From Escherichia phage slur05: a stretch of 43,900 nt of DNA. Each line of letters opens with the position of its first letter. Within the stretch, counting starts at the first letter, position 1. This document shows, in pieces, positions 8,102 to 17,991 of this stretch. Under the pieces are notes generated by a model. It had not been told where the DNA came from, searched no databases, and worked only from the letters and a program-made list of their open reading frames with translations. The stretch lies in sequence record NC_028901.1. One strand, 5' to 3'. The translations under genes were made by a program, and so were the position numbers.

Positions 8102-11100
8102 TTACCACGTCCCGACTTTCACCCTCCCCCCGCCAGGTAACGGCACGTTTACGCCTGTCTTGTCGATCGTCACGGTCCCACCAGAAAACCCGAAGTTACC
8201 CGATGTGGCGTACAGGTTGCCGCGGACCGTTACGTTGTTCAATTCCGCGTTACCCGATTTAGGCAGGTTCCACCCTGACGACCCCGCAACGAAGTTATTA
8301 GACCGCAGCGTGTCCGTGATCTGTGCGAAGTTAATGGACGCGTTCTTGATTCGTGCCGTGTCGATGTACACCTGTCCTCCGTCGACGATGAACGCGGACG
8401 AAAGCGACCCATTAGATGGGTGCATGATGTAGAACTGGTCGGCTTTGAACGCGATACGAGATTTAACCGCGCTGCCCGACGTTACAACGGAAAGCTGCAT
8501 ACCCGCATCATAGTAAGTACCGTTATACGTCACACCCGCCTTAAGGCTGTATGTGGCGCTACCACCGGAGTGGTTAAACGAGGACGTCATCTTCTGCTCG
8601 ATCGCGGCGGACTGCTGACCGAACTTAGCGGCAACAGTTTGTTGGTACTGGGCGAACGCTTGCTCGTGCGTGCTTTGCGCGGTCTGCAACGTGTGGATTG
8701 CCGCTTCCGCATCGTCAAGGCGAGTACCGATCAACGTTTCCAGTTGCGCTACCGCCTGGTGGGCATCTGCCGCCACGTTATACGCGACCGAGATTTCTGC
8801 ATAAATCCCCTTGTACTCGGCGCGGGCGTTAAACAATTGCTGTGCGTCGGTGAGCATAGCCTCATAAATGCCTTGCGGCATGGTGTCGATCGCTTCCTGG
8901 AAGCGTTTACCGTCCTCAGAAGTCAAGAACTCGTCGTCCAGCCCATTCATATACTCGTCAACATTGTCACTCACCTGCCCTTCAAACGGGTCCGACCAGT
9001 CCGACAGGTTGCCGATTTTATCCGCTACACGGGCGCGCAACTGCTGATAGATGCCGAACTCCAGCGACGTTTGCGCATACTCCGACCCCGGGTATGGGAC
9101 GTTGGTTAGGAATTTCCATTCCGTTTCACCCGTCTTGCGAACTTCAAGCTCGGTGTACGAAATATCCGTCGCGGCGTTATTGTGGTTCCACTTCCACAAA
9201 ATCTGGTGAAGGCCCGAAATCGCGTTGGTGATGATAGGCGCGTTAAGACCGCCGAGACGACCTTCCACCGGCGTGATGGCAGAAGACACCCACGGGGATG
9301 AAATCTCGCCCATACCGATCGCGCGGACGCGTGCCTGATAATTGCCTGAAAACACGTTAGGGATGTGCGCGCCGTTCGATGCCGTACGTGGGATGTTTAC
9401 CCAGTCGTTACCCCACTGGATTTCCATATTCTGCAAGCTGGTGCGTCGCCACTGGATTTCATACACCACGGCATCTTTCACCGGCGGGAATACAATATCA
9501 ACGTTGGTGATTAGCTGGCCTTGCGATGAAATCTGCGACGGGGTGATGGTCACGGATTCCGGCCCCTTCATTACACCGTCGGGCACTTGCGTAAAGATGC
9601 CTGGGTCAAGGCGAGCGCCATTATCAACGGCATCATATTTGCTATCGTTGTATTCGATCCCGCGCACTGAAAAAGTGCTGGTAGAGTCGTCATATTCCAG
9701 GTCGGTGATGCGGAACTTCTGCAACTGGATATCGTTGCCATCGACGCAAAACGGCTGATCAGGAATCGGGTCGGCGTCCAGTGCGGTTTTTAGCGTAACC
9801 TTGTTGCCGTTGACGCTGGCAATCTCGCGAGTCTCCACATTACCGCTATCGGTGCGTACCAGGAATTTATCACCTGGGCGGAACGTGATTTCGCTGTCCG
9901 TGTTAAGCACGGTACGCGTGCCAGGGTCCGACAACAGGCGACCGCCGCGTGTCTCGAAGCCGCCAGAAAAGTTTGTATCGGCGATCGCGACTACGCTACC
10001 CGGAATAAAGAAAAGTCCCTCCATGCCAACCTTAAAGCTAACTTGCTGGTCAAGCTGGTTGGAGATTAGCGCCCAGTGCCCGCGGCGTTGCGCTTCAGAT
10101 TCACGCGTACAGCCGATCGCCGTGATGTCCAGACGGTTAATCTTATGGCGGCGTACCAGTTCGACACGCTGCCCCGTAGCAATGGCATCTTCATAGTGGT
10201 TCTTCGGGTTGCCGTATGCTACCGCGAATGTGGAATATCGAGTTTTCTGGCTGCCGGACGCGTAGTCGAATCGACCATCAATGACCGAGGCGTTGGTGAT
10301 GGTGTGCGATACCGCTGCGACCGGCTGGTCACTGACGATATTCAACATCTGATTTCCCCACCAGGTCATACCGGCAAAGATAGCGGCTAAATCCTTAAGC
10401 ACGGTCCAGGCATCCGTCTGTGACTGAATGTACATATCATTCTTAAAGCGGATTTCTCGACCACCGTTGCCGTCGCTGACCAACTGATCGCAGCGCTGCG
10501 CAATCTGGTAGAGCGCGTATCGGTTTAGCATTTGCGGTTTGATACGCCGACCGAGGCCGAAGCGCTCAGTAATACAAATATCGTACCAGTGCCACGCAGG
10601 GTTATCCGTCCATGCGCGTTTAAACGTGCCGTCCCAGTCCCCGGAATAGGTATGATTGATCGGGTCGTAGTTGTTCGGTATTAGAACTTTGCGACCTTTG
10701 CACTTAATGGACACGCGCGGGATGTTCTGGAACGCTTTGGCGTCGAACTCCACAAACAACAGCGCGGTTAGCGGGTAACGCAGGCGGGCGTCAATAATCT
10801 CAGTGATGGACTGCACCCGGATATCATTAACCACTTTCGCCGATGTGGAGTCTGCCGTTATGCGGTGCACCTCCACGCGCCAGCCGGTGTTAACGTTCGG
10901 AGGTAATTCGATGCGGTGGTCGCGCTCATATAGCGACATTGTTTTACCAACGGCGGCGAATCTGAACTCACGCGGGTCGGCGTTATCCGTATACACAACT
11001 ATCTTATAGTCGATGCGCCCGCCCACCAGGTCGCCGTTGTCTTCGTTGGTGTACAGGGCCGGAATGCCGATTCGAATGCGCACGGCGTCAAGACTGGTGT

Positions 11101-11452
11101 CGTTAATCTGGCGCACCCACGGCGTGCCGTTTTCCAGTTTTACGCCTACGGATTGCTCACTTTCCACCGCTGAAAATCCGTGGATCACGTCCTGGTGCTG
11201 TGTGCCTGGGCGGAACTCCACGCGCGCGCCGGGGAAGTTTTCCGACAGGTCGGCGTTCTGGATCGGCGTGCCGTCCAGATATACACGCTGCCGTAATTCG
11301 CTGTCGCTGGTAATACTTTCGAATTCCCCTTCCCCTAGCGCAAGCAAGATGCGAATTTTAGCCAGGGAATGCAGGCTATCCGGCGTTTCCTGCGGGGTGT
11401 GCTGTTTGCCGCCGCCGCCTTTATGCCCAGTGACGTCGTAGATAATCGTCAT
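8102..11452 (-). CDS. Tail tip/central fiber protein (lambda J-like)
   Basis: 1116 aa; N-terminus (GGGGKQHTPQETPDSLHSLAKIRILLALGEGE) resembles the lambda J N-terminus; follows the I-like gene. Confidence 0.75.
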   Translation of the reverse strand: MTIIYDVTGHKGGGGKQHTPQETPDSLHSLAKIRILLALGEGEFESITSDSELRQRVYLDGTPIQNADLSENFPGARVEFRPGTQHQDVIHGFSAVESEQSVGVKLENGTPWVRQINDTSLDAVRIRIGIPALYTNEDNGDLVGGRIDYKIVVYTDNADPREFRFAAVGKTMSLYERDHRIELPPNVNTGWRVEVHRITADSTSAKVVNDIRVQSITEIIDARLRYPLTALLFVEFDAKAFQNIPRVSIKCKGRKVLIPNNYDPINHTYSGDWDGTFKRAWTDNPAWHWYDICITERFGLGRRIKPQMLNRYALYQIAQRCDQLVSDGNGGREIRFKNDMYIQSQTDAWTVLKDLAAIFAGMTWWGNQMLNIVSDQPVAAVSHTITNASVIDGRFDYASGSQKTRYSTFAVAYGNPKNHYEDAIATGQRVELVRRHKINRLDITAIGCTRESEAQRRGHWALISNQLDQQVSFKVGMEGLFFIPGSVVAIADTNFSGGFETRGGRLLSDPGTRTVLNTDSEITFRPGDKFLVRTDSGNVETREIASVNGNKVTLKTALDADPIPDQPFCVDGNDIQLQKFRITDLEYDDSTSTFSVRGIEYNDSKYDAVDNGARLDPGIFTQVPDGVMKGPESVTITPSQISSQGQLITNVDIVFPPVKDAVVYEIQWRRTSLQNMEIQWGNDWVNIPRTASNGAHIPNVFSGNYQARVRAIGMGEISSPWVSSAITPVEGRLGGLNAPIITNAISGLHQILWKWNHNNAATDISYTELEVRKTGETEWKFLTNVPYPGSEYAQTSLEFGIYQQLRARVADKIGNLSDWSDPFEGQVSDNVDEYMNGLDDEFLTSEDGKRFQEAIDTMPQGIYEAMLTDAQQLFNARAEYKGIYAEISVAYNVAADAHQAVAQLETLIGTRLDDAEAAIHTLQTAQSTHEQAFAQYQQTVAAKFGQQSAAIEQKMTSSFNHSGGSATYSLKAGVTYNGTYYDAGMQLSVVTSGSAVKSRIAFKADQFYIMHPSNGSLSSAFIVDGGQVYIDTARIKNASINFAQITDTLRSNNFVAGSSGWNLPKSGNAELNNVTVRGNLYATSGNFGFSGGTVTIDKTGVNVPLPGGGRVKVGTW

Positions 11453-12066
11453 TCGTTCAAGTCCTCGGTTACGATTCCGGCTGAAATAATAGCGCCGCCG
11501 ATCTCACGCTCGCCCCATAATACACCAAGCGCCGTGCCTTGCGCTGTTGTATTCACTGGCCCGCCGAACGCGTACGACGCTTTGTTATCCACGTCCTGCC
11601 GGGTCTGCAATCCTTTCGGCTGCGGCGACAGCAATTGCATAGCACCGCCCAGCGCAAGCGACATGCCAAACGAAAATGTAGCCGTACCGATAGCGGCAGC
11701 GGTTGCAGCCGAAGCCCCGAAAGCGGCAGTAGCAAGTCCGCCAGTATAGAACGACGCCACTACAATCGCGACACCCGCCAGCAATTGGCCCAGTCCGCTT
11801 TTTGCCCCCGTCATAACCGGCGCGATGGTAACGACGCGGTCGCCGTGGAACTCGCCAAGCTCATCATAACCGGTCATCGTGTGGTTGCCTTTGCGCACCT
11901 TGAACATCATATTGTCCAGGTGGGCCGACATTAAAAAGTCTTGTAACCCTGGCAACTTCACACACAGGCCGGTGATGCCTTCTCCCGGTGTGAAGCAGTC
12001 CAGCTTATGCACTTTACCAAAACGACGCCCTAAGACGCCGTACAATTTAAACGTGGTCATTGCCAT
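11449..12066 (-). CDS. Tail assembly protein (lambda I-like)
   Basis: 205 aa at the lambda I position; Gly/Ala-rich C-terminal half. Confidence 0.55.
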   Translation of the reverse strand: MAMTTFKLYGVLGRRFGKVHKLDCFTPGEGITGLCVKLPGLQDFLMSAHLDNMMFKVRKGNHTMTGYDELGEFHGDRVVTIAPVMTGAKSGLGQLLAGVAIVVASFYTGGLATAAFGASAATAAAIGTATFSFGMSLALGGAMQLLSPQPKGLQTRQDVDNKASYAFGGPVNTTAQGTALGVLWGEREIGGAIISAGIVTEDLNE

Positions 12067-12797
12067 TCTGTGATATTCCCTGTTAGGTCTTTATGACGTA
12101 CCCATTTAACCACATTGTCGCGGAAAAATCCTGCCCGGAAGGGAATCACGCTCGACAGGCTGCCGTAGATATGGTGTAGTAGTTGGTTGCCCGGAAGGAA
12201 TATCCCAGCGTGGTTAGGCACAGGCGCGCTAATCTGCATGATGACCATTGCCCCCGGCGTATTCTCCTCGCATTCCCTGAAGCCAGCACCGTACCAATTA
12301 TCCATATACAGATTTTCGCCTGTCTCCCACCAGTTATACGGCACGCGGAAGTCTGGCAGGTTTACACCCTGCTTTTTGTGCCAGTCCATGACGAGGCCAT
12401 AACAATCTGTAATTCCGAGAACAAATCGGCGGCCTACCAGCGGCGGGTCTTCAGGGTCGATCTCGATAAAGTCGCCATATTCGTTAGTGATGGTCCAGAC
12501 TACGCCGCTGCCGTTGCATCCGTTAACGTCGCCAAGTGAGGGTGTAAGCTCTCGCTGGCCTGGATGCGAGTGGACTACTCGCACGACGTCGCCCATATCC
12601 TCGGCATCCATCCAGGCCATATCACTAATCGTGAATGCGTCTCTGCGTGAGCGCACGCCGGTCGGGTCTTCGAATACGTTCATGCACGGGACAAATACTT
12701 GTTTGCGGCCCACCATGACAACCAGGCCACAGGCTTCTTCAGGCAGACATGCCGCAACGTGCGCGGCGATATCGCTTTTAACCTTTTTCGTTAACAT
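12057..12797 (-). CDS. Tail assembly protein (lambda K-like, JAB/MPN plus NlpC/P60)
   Basis: HSHPG motif (JAB/MPN metalloprotease-like) and Cys/His features; position between L-like and I-like genes. Confidence 0.6.
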   Translation of the reverse strand: MLTKKVKSDIAAHVAACLPEEACGLVVMVGRKQVFVPCMNVFEDPTGVRSRRDAFTISDMAWMDAEDMGDVVRVVHSHPGQRELTPSLGDVNGCNGSGVVWTITNEYGDFIEIDPEDPPLVGRRFVLGITDCYGLVMDWHKKQGVNLPDFRVPYNWWETGENLYMDNWYGAGFRECEENTPGAMVIMQISAPVPNHAGIFLPGNQLLHHIYGSLSSVIPFRAGFFRDNVVKWVRHKDLTGNITEWQ

Positions 12798-12799
12798 GG

Positions 12800-13588
12800 C
12801 TACCCCTTGATTAATTTGGACCCAGGAAAACCACCGAAGTCCAGCACCGCAGCTTTAGGGTCCGCAAGCCCTTGCCCAAAACGAAGATAGCAGTCGGACA
12901 AACAGCCGCCGCATCGGTCCATATTCATTGCAATGACTTCATTACCACGCTCGTCGTAATACTTGATGCCGGGCTTCGCAAGGTTCCACGTGCAACCGTC
13001 CCCGCTGGCGTACTTCCCATTTAACGCCCATTCGCACATGTTCATGATTTGGCGACGCGGGACGACCTGCCCTTCCATATCCGCAGGAGAGGATAGTGCG
13101 AAGGTGATTTGCTTGCCAGGATTGCGCCCGACCTGCGAGTCAATGTAATACTCCTGAACTCGTTTCTGCGTCGGGTCTGGATCTGTCCCGTTGTCCAGGA
13201 ACTTCGCGAACGTATCAATGATCTCAACCTTCGCGCCCAGTAGCTGGTCGTGATTCAGCGACAGCCGGGTTATTATGCCGCCAATATCGACAATAGTTAG
13301 CTGCGGTTCTGCTGCCGTTGATGTGGAGAAGTTAAGGCCGGACAAATCGAAGGGCCAAAATTCGAACTCCTGCCCGCCGAAGAAGATGGATTTAGGTTTT
13401 AGCTTGTCCTCGTCACCACCTGCGGCGGCAATATCCTCGGCAGTGTGCGGAATAAAGCAATAGTGAAAATAGTGATGGCCCGCGCCGATCGCGCCGTCGC
13501 CTGGTTCCACGTCCTGCGCATCAATGTGAATCAGGCGAACGCGTCCCGATGGGTCAAAGCGCGTCGCCTCGCGATATAGTTTATTCAT
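12800..13588 (-). CDS. Minor tail protein (lambda L-like)
   Basis: 262 aa, position and Cys-rich C-terminus (CGGCLSDC) consistent with L-like minor tail proteins. Confidence 0.55.
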   Translation of the reverse strand: MNKLYREATRFDPSGRVRLIHIDAQDVEPGDGAIGAGHHYFHYCFIPHTAEDIAAAGGDEDKLKPKSIFFGGQEFEFWPFDLSGLNFSTSTAAEPQLTIVDIGGIITRLSLNHDQLLGAKVEIIDTFAKFLDNGTDPDPTQKRVQEYYIDSQVGRNPGKQITFALSSPADMEGQVVPRRQIMNMCEWALNGKYASGDGCTWNLAKPGIKYYDERGNEVIAMNMDRCGGCLSDCYLRFGQGLADPKAAVLDFGGFPGSKLIKG

Positions 13589-14184
13589 CTTACGAATCCA
13601 ATAGCTGTCTTAAGGGTGGCGGACACAGTTGCCGTGTAGTGCCCGTTGTCAGTGTACGACAAGCTCGAACGCTCGACCACGAATAAACCTGTTTCGCCAT
13701 CCGGCGCGGTGACAACAAACGGCTTGACGAAGTGACCGCGAAGAAAGTTGTAAACCAGTTTAGGGTCGCACCACTTGTCAGTAGTAAGTCCGATGAATTG
13801 CACGGGGAACTGTTTCGTTTCGGCGTTCGGGCCGTCCGCGATGTTCTGACCGTAACCGTTACCAAATTGCAATTCCTCGGACCGGAAAGCTAACTGCACG
13901 TCCCCGCCGCCTTGCAATTGCATGTGCCAGTAATATGGCCATTCGTTTGACCGCGGGTCGTGCGCTTCGATTAGCTCATAAGCCACACCGGCTTTTGTCG
14001 GACCTGCCCAGTTATCCGCCAGGGTGATGACGGTGTTAGAGTTGAATGCTGCAATTTTGCCGGTGTAGTCGTTGCCGTCGATGCGGGCAAATACGCGGAC
14101 CTTCCCAATCTCGCTCAGGAACGCCGTCCCCGCGCCCGTTACGGTCTTACTTCCTTTCGTTAGTGTGATTGTACCTTGTGACAT
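13585..14184 (-). CDS. Minor tail protein (lambda M-like)
   Basis: Start refined to the ATG at 14184 (MSQGTITL...); directly downstream of the tape-measure gene. Confidence 0.5.
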   Translation of the reverse strand: MSQGTITLTKGSKTVTGAGTAFLSEIGKVRVFARIDGNDYTGKIAAFNSNTVITLADNWAGPTKAGVAYELIEAHDPRSNEWPYYWHMQLQGGGDVQLAFRSEELQFGNGYGQNIADGPNAETKQFPVQFIGLTTDKWCDPKLVYNFLRGHFVKPFVVTAPDGETGLFVVERSSLSYTDNGHYTATVSATLKTAIGFVR

Positions 14185-14219
14185 AAAAAAGCCCCCACGT
14201 TGTAGTGAGGGCCATTTTA

Positions 14220-16862
14220 TCATCGTTTGTAAAGTACACCACCCGGTTTCGTCGCCTTCACGATCTCGGCCTTGACCGACTCGGTGATTTGCTTCCCGAA
14301 CGCCTGCGCGGTGCGCGGGTCTGGTCCGCTAACACTGGTATCCGTCTTACCGGTCCCCATGTTAACGTTGGTCGTTACAATCATCCCCCCGCCTACACCG
14401 GCAGCGGCGACTCCAAGTTTGCCGTCCGGGCCGCGCTTCAGTGGCATGATGGCTTCGGGTCCGGCCTCACCCATCAATCCTGCGCCCTTAGCGAACGCCT
14501 TGACGCCATAACTGAAAAAGGTTGGCTGGCTTACCACCTGCCCCGAATAGGCCGCGAGATTGCCCCCTGCGTACGCTCCGCCGTCCGCATTCTTAGTGAG
14601 GCCGGAGAAGATAGCGCCGAACAATCCGTTTTTGCCGCCGTCGCCACCGAAAGCGCTAACGATGGACTTGAACGCCTGCGAGGTAGCCAGCTTTATTAAT
14701 TCGCTCAGAATGGACTTAACCATATCTTTTGCGTTCAGCTTGCCAGCCTCGAAAAACTCGTTCATCGTGTCCTGCATAGCGCCGAACGTGAATTTTGTGA
14801 GTGACGTCATCTGCGTGTAGCCGCTACCCATTTCATCCACGCTATCCTTAAGCCCGCGGCTGAAGCCATCCCATAGCGAGGCGTTAGCACCGGTCTGTGC
14901 TTCCTGCACTTCGCGCAGCTTAGACACCGCCAGGTCAATATCGGTATCGTTAGCACCAACGCGCTTAAGGCGGTCAATCAGCTGTAATTCTTCGCGCAGG
15001 TTAGCCGCTTCGCGAGTGGAAAGCGCATAGCCCGCCGCGGTGGCTTTTAGCTCGGCGTTCTGGTTCTTAACGAAGGAGTCGATCTGCGCGTGCGCCTTGA
15101 CCTGCTTCTCTTTCGCGTCCAGCAATTTGGCTTCTTCGACGATCTGCTCGCGTACTTCCTTCACGCGTCCGAATTCGACCATCTGCTGCTTTTCTGCTGC
15201 CGTTAGTGCTCTTTCTTTGCTTGCTGCGATTAACTGCTCATTATCCGCGATCAGCTTGTTTAGGGCCGCCTGCGCGCGTTGCGTGCGGGTCTGCGTCGAT
15301 GCGTTGGCTTCGATCTGCTTGCCGGATTCTCGAAGCTGGGCCAGTTCGCTCCGTGCTACTTCCAGCATTTTCAGCCCGGCATCGACTCGAACAGCGGCGG
15401 CCTTCTTCGGGGCGGGGTCTTTGTACCGCTCGTTGACCTGCTTCACCGCCTCGGCAAGCTCTTTCTCGTCAATCACGCCGCGCTTATTAAGCAAATTGAG
15501 GCGGGCGATCTCGTCGGCGCGCCTCTTCGCGTTGGTTGCGTACTCCTTCTCAAACGCGGCGCGGTCGCGGGCGGTGCGGTTTGCCTCTTCGTTCGCCTTT
15601 GCTGCTTCGTCAGCGGCACTTGCGTTGTCTCGCTCTGCACGGTTGCGCAGGGTGAGCGACGCCACTACTTTTTCCTGGGCTACCAGTTCGCTGTAAAGCA
15701 TGTTAATACGCGCTTTCTGCGCTTCGGTCATCACCCCACCGGCAGCGTTTACCGCTTTCATCTCGGCATAGTAAGCCGTGGTCAGTCGCTGCAATGATTC
15801 ACGCGCTTTCATCTCTGACTCATTCGAGGACTGCGCGCGCCCGACATCCAGGATGGCATCCCACATAGATTTAGCTGCCGATATAACGACGTTCATCGAC
15901 CGCTCAAGCGTACCCATGTTGGACTTGATCTCATTGGTCATAGTGGTAAACGACGCTGCGGCTGTTTTGTTAGCCAGCGCCACCGCTTCGGTTTCGCGAC
16001 CAGCCGTCACTAGTGACTGCACCTGCTGGATCTGCGCTTCGTTTACGACGTGATACTTATCCGCCAGCGCACGCAGTCCGCCAACGGGGTCGGTTGACAG
16101 CTTCGCCACCGCCGCCACCACATCCTCGATCGGCTGGCTGGACACCTTCGCAAAGTCATTAACTACCTTAGCCAATGCGCCGAAGTCACCACCCGCTTTC
16201 ACACCCGCCGCCGCCAGCGCCTGGATTGTGTCACGCGTCTTGCGGAATGATCCGCCCATGCGCTCGGCGTTCTCGGATAACACCAGGATCTGGTTTGCAG
16301 TGAGGCCGGAAATGTTACCTGACAGCGCCAGCGTCTTGTTAAGCGCGGCGACCTGGTTCTCTGCGCGGGACGTAATTGCCACGCCCACGCCTAACGTTGC
16401 CGTTACGGCGGCGAGGCCGATCCCTACTGGGCCGAGGAAGCCCGCAACATAACGCAGCGTGTTACCCAGTCCACCGAACGCCCCAGTTAGCTGCGGTAAC
16501 TGCTGAAGCATGACGCGGTGAACCGGCATCCCCATCTCAAGCGTTACCGCAATATCCTGTAGCTGGAATGCGGCGTTACGCGAGGCAAAGCCCAGGTTTT
16601 TAGTCGACATCCCTAACCTGTTGGCGAGTCGCTCCTGTTTAGTCATGCCATCGGCGGCGCGCTGCGATTCGTTTGCCAGCTTTTCCATTCCGCCCGCGGC
16701 GTCACTCGTCACCTTTTTGGATTTGCCGAGGGTGTCGTTTAATTTCTTAACCTTGTTTTCTGTGTTCTCGGATTTCTGTGCGAAGGAGTCCAGCACAGTA
16801 TTTGCCGTTCTGATTTGTGCAACATCAGCCTTTAGCGTGATGCCTGCTGCCTGATCTGCCAT
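14220..16862 (-). CDS. Tail tape measure protein
   Basis: 880 aa, long Ala/Glu/Lys-rich coiled coil and Gly-rich C-terminal region; between chaperone and minor tail genes. Confidence 0.8.
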   Translation of the reverse strand: MADQAAGITLKADVAQIRTANTVLDSFAQKSENTENKVKKLNDTLGKSKKVTSDAAGGMEKLANESQRAADGMTKQERLANRLGMSTKNLGFASRNAAFQLQDIAVTLEMGMPVHRVMLQQLPQLTGAFGGLGNTLRYVAGFLGPVGIGLAAVTATLGVGVAITSRAENQVAALNKTLALSGNISGLTANQILVLSENAERMGGSFRKTRDTIQALAAAGVKAGGDFGALAKVVNDFAKVSSQPIEDVVAAVAKLSTDPVGGLRALADKYHVVNEAQIQQVQSLVTAGRETEAVALANKTAAASFTTMTNEIKSNMGTLERSMNVVISAAKSMWDAILDVGRAQSSNESEMKARESLQRLTTAYYAEMKAVNAAGGVMTEAQKARINMLYSELVAQEKVVASLTLRNRAERDNASAADEAAKANEEANRTARDRAAFEKEYATNAKRRADEIARLNLLNKRGVIDEKELAEAVKQVNERYKDPAPKKAAAVRVDAGLKMLEVARSELAQLRESGKQIEANASTQTRTQRAQAALNKLIADNEQLIAASKERALTAAEKQQMVEFGRVKEVREQIVEEAKLLDAKEKQVKAHAQIDSFVKNQNAELKATAAGYALSTREAANLREELQLIDRLKRVGANDTDIDLAVSKLREVQEAQTGANASLWDGFSRGLKDSVDEMGSGYTQMTSLTKFTFGAMQDTMNEFFEAGKLNAKDMVKSILSELIKLATSQAFKSIVSAFGGDGGKNGLFGAIFSGLTKNADGGAYAGGNLAAYSGQVVSQPTFFSYGVKAFAKGAGLMGEAGPEAIMPLKRGPDGKLGVAAAGVGGGMIVTTNVNMGTGKTDTSVSGPDPRTAQAFGKQITESVKAEIVKATKPGGVLYKR

Positions 16863-16926
16863 TATGCAGTCCCCTTTTTTATGCAGTTGCCGATGGATAT
16901 TGTATCAGCTATTTCAAAACAAACCT

Positions 16927-17246
16927 TATTCAGTCTCAGACGAGGGGGGCCACTGACCCCCGTCTAGTCTGAAAGACTGGGGTGCTGTCCCGCTGTCCCG
17001 ATCGGCTGAAAACCGCGGCAGCACTGGCGGGGACGGGGTGCTGTCCCGCTTTGTCCCGCCTCTTGTTTGTCCCGCTTTCTGTCCCGTTTGTTTTATGCAC
17101 GAAAACCGAATACGTATGCACTTTTGTGGGGTGGGACAAAACGGGACGTCCCGCTTGTCCCGCTTTTTATTATGCAATGGAAGTGAGTAGGTATGCAGTT
17201 TCACAGGGGTGGGACAAAACGGGACGTCCCGCCTGTCCCGCTTCAT
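16927..17246. repeat. Structured non-coding repeat element, copy A: hairpin, GTCCCGC iterons and two GGGACGTCCC palindromes
   Basis: Core 16927-17100 is ~85% identical to 33700-33870; bulged stem-loop AGACGAGGGGGGCC...CCCCCGTCT, at least 6 GTCCCGC iterons, sub-repeat GGGTGGGACAAAACGGGACGTCCCGCNTGTCCCGCTT at 17127-17167 and 17207-17245. Confidence 0.8.
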
Positions 17247-17937
17247 TATGCGGGGTTCTGCTGCGCCATCTCATCAAGCGCGATTCGTTCCATTAGCTTG
17301 ATATCTTTAAACGCACGCTGCTCGTTTTCGATACCGTGCATCTTAAATAACCACTCCAGCACGCCGTAGTCGATGCCGTATGCGCCACCAAATCCGGTGC
17401 GCCATTGCGTGGCGCAATCTGTGAAGACTGCGACTATCTTCGCGTTGTCAGGCCACAGCGCAACAGGTGGACAAACATCTTCGGGGGCCGCACCCCATAA
17501 ACTTGCGGCTAAATCTTCGGAGGGTGGCGGCGGGCCATAAAAGCGTCGCGCCGCCTCAATTAGTTTTTTTCACGCAACCCCATCAGTTCGAGATAGTACG
17601 ACGTGTGGAACACACCGAACGCGCGTGGATAGTTGACCACCAGGCGGCGGACGTTCTCCGCGTTAAATTCGTCCGGCAGATTCCAGCCTTCTGCGACGTG
17701 CATGATGGCCTCGACCATAACGTTAAAGCCGTCCGGGTCATTGTCGTCATATTCCGACAACTTGCGTTCGGTGTCCTGCATGGTCTGCGAAAATTCGTCG
17801 ATAGGGCGGTGGCGGACGGTGAAAGTCATCTTCCCCGGCTCGTTCTCACCAGGGCGCGGGATCTCAATCGGCAGCTTAAAGGTCGGCTTAGGGTCAAGTG
17901 TAAATAGTGGTGCTTTAGCCATTGTAGTATTCTCCAA
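17247..17937 (-). CDS. Tail assembly chaperone G-T fusion made by -1 frameshift
   Basis: Minus-strand heptamer A_AAA_AAC (plus 17563-17569) at the end of the G-like ORF; the -1 frame stays open for ~105 codons (LIEAARRFYGPPPPSEDL...QQNPA) to a stop at 17247-17249. Confidence 0.6.
17560..17922 (-). CDS. Tail assembly chaperone (lambda G-like)
   Basis: Start refined to MAKAPLF with GGAGA RBS; acidic ~120 aa protein; ends at slippery heptamer A AAA AAC next to its stop codon. Confidence 0.65.
   Translation of the reverse strand: MAKAPLFTLDPKPTFKLPIEIPRPGENEPGKMTFTVRHRPIDEFSQTMQDTERKLSEYDDNDPDGFNVMVEAIMHVAEGWNLPDEFNAENVRRLVVNYPRAFGVFHTSYYLELMGLREKN
17563..17569 (-). other. Programmed -1 ribosomal frameshift site (A AAA AAC) for the G-T chaperone
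   Basis: Slippery heptamer in the last codons of the G-like ORF with an open -1 frame downstream (17247-17562). Confidence 0.6.
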
Positions 17938-17961
17938 TAAAAAAGGGGCCGTGCTGGCCCC
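17938..17961 (-). terminator. Rho-independent terminator/attenuator between major tail and chaperone genes
   Basis: Stem GGGGCC/GGCCCC with loop GTGCT, followed on the minus strand by a T6-7 tract. Confidence 0.6.
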
Positions 17962-17991
17962 ATATTATCACTCGCTATTTAAGCGACCAAA

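Noticed and set aside
8420-11441. Multiple 100-230 aa plus-strand ORFs antisense to the J-like gene (and similar antisense ORFs within the tape-measure, helicase and capsid genes)
   Set aside because: Entirely embedded antisense to long, well-supported genes, with Arg/Leu-rich translations typical of shadow frames.
14184-14225. Terminator hairpin between the tape-measure and M-like genes
   Set aside because: Only a 4 bp potential stem precedes the T-tract, and the region serves as the RBS and start of the M-like gene; too weak to call.
16927-17246. Possible CRISPR array, because of the short direct repeats
   Set aside because: Repeat unit is only 7-8 bp with irregular 2-10 bp spacing, no 28-37 bp repeat/spacer periodicity, and no cas genes; these are iterons, not a CRISPR array.
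16926-17296. ORFs of 67-106 aa on both strands across the iteron repeat (16926-17246 minus, 16936-17139 minus, 16982-17296 plus)
   Set aside because: They run through tandem iterons and hairpins, lack ribosome-binding sites, give low-complexity Pro/Arg-rich translations, and the equivalent ORF at copy B (33701-33955) differs in frame; interpreted as non-coding.
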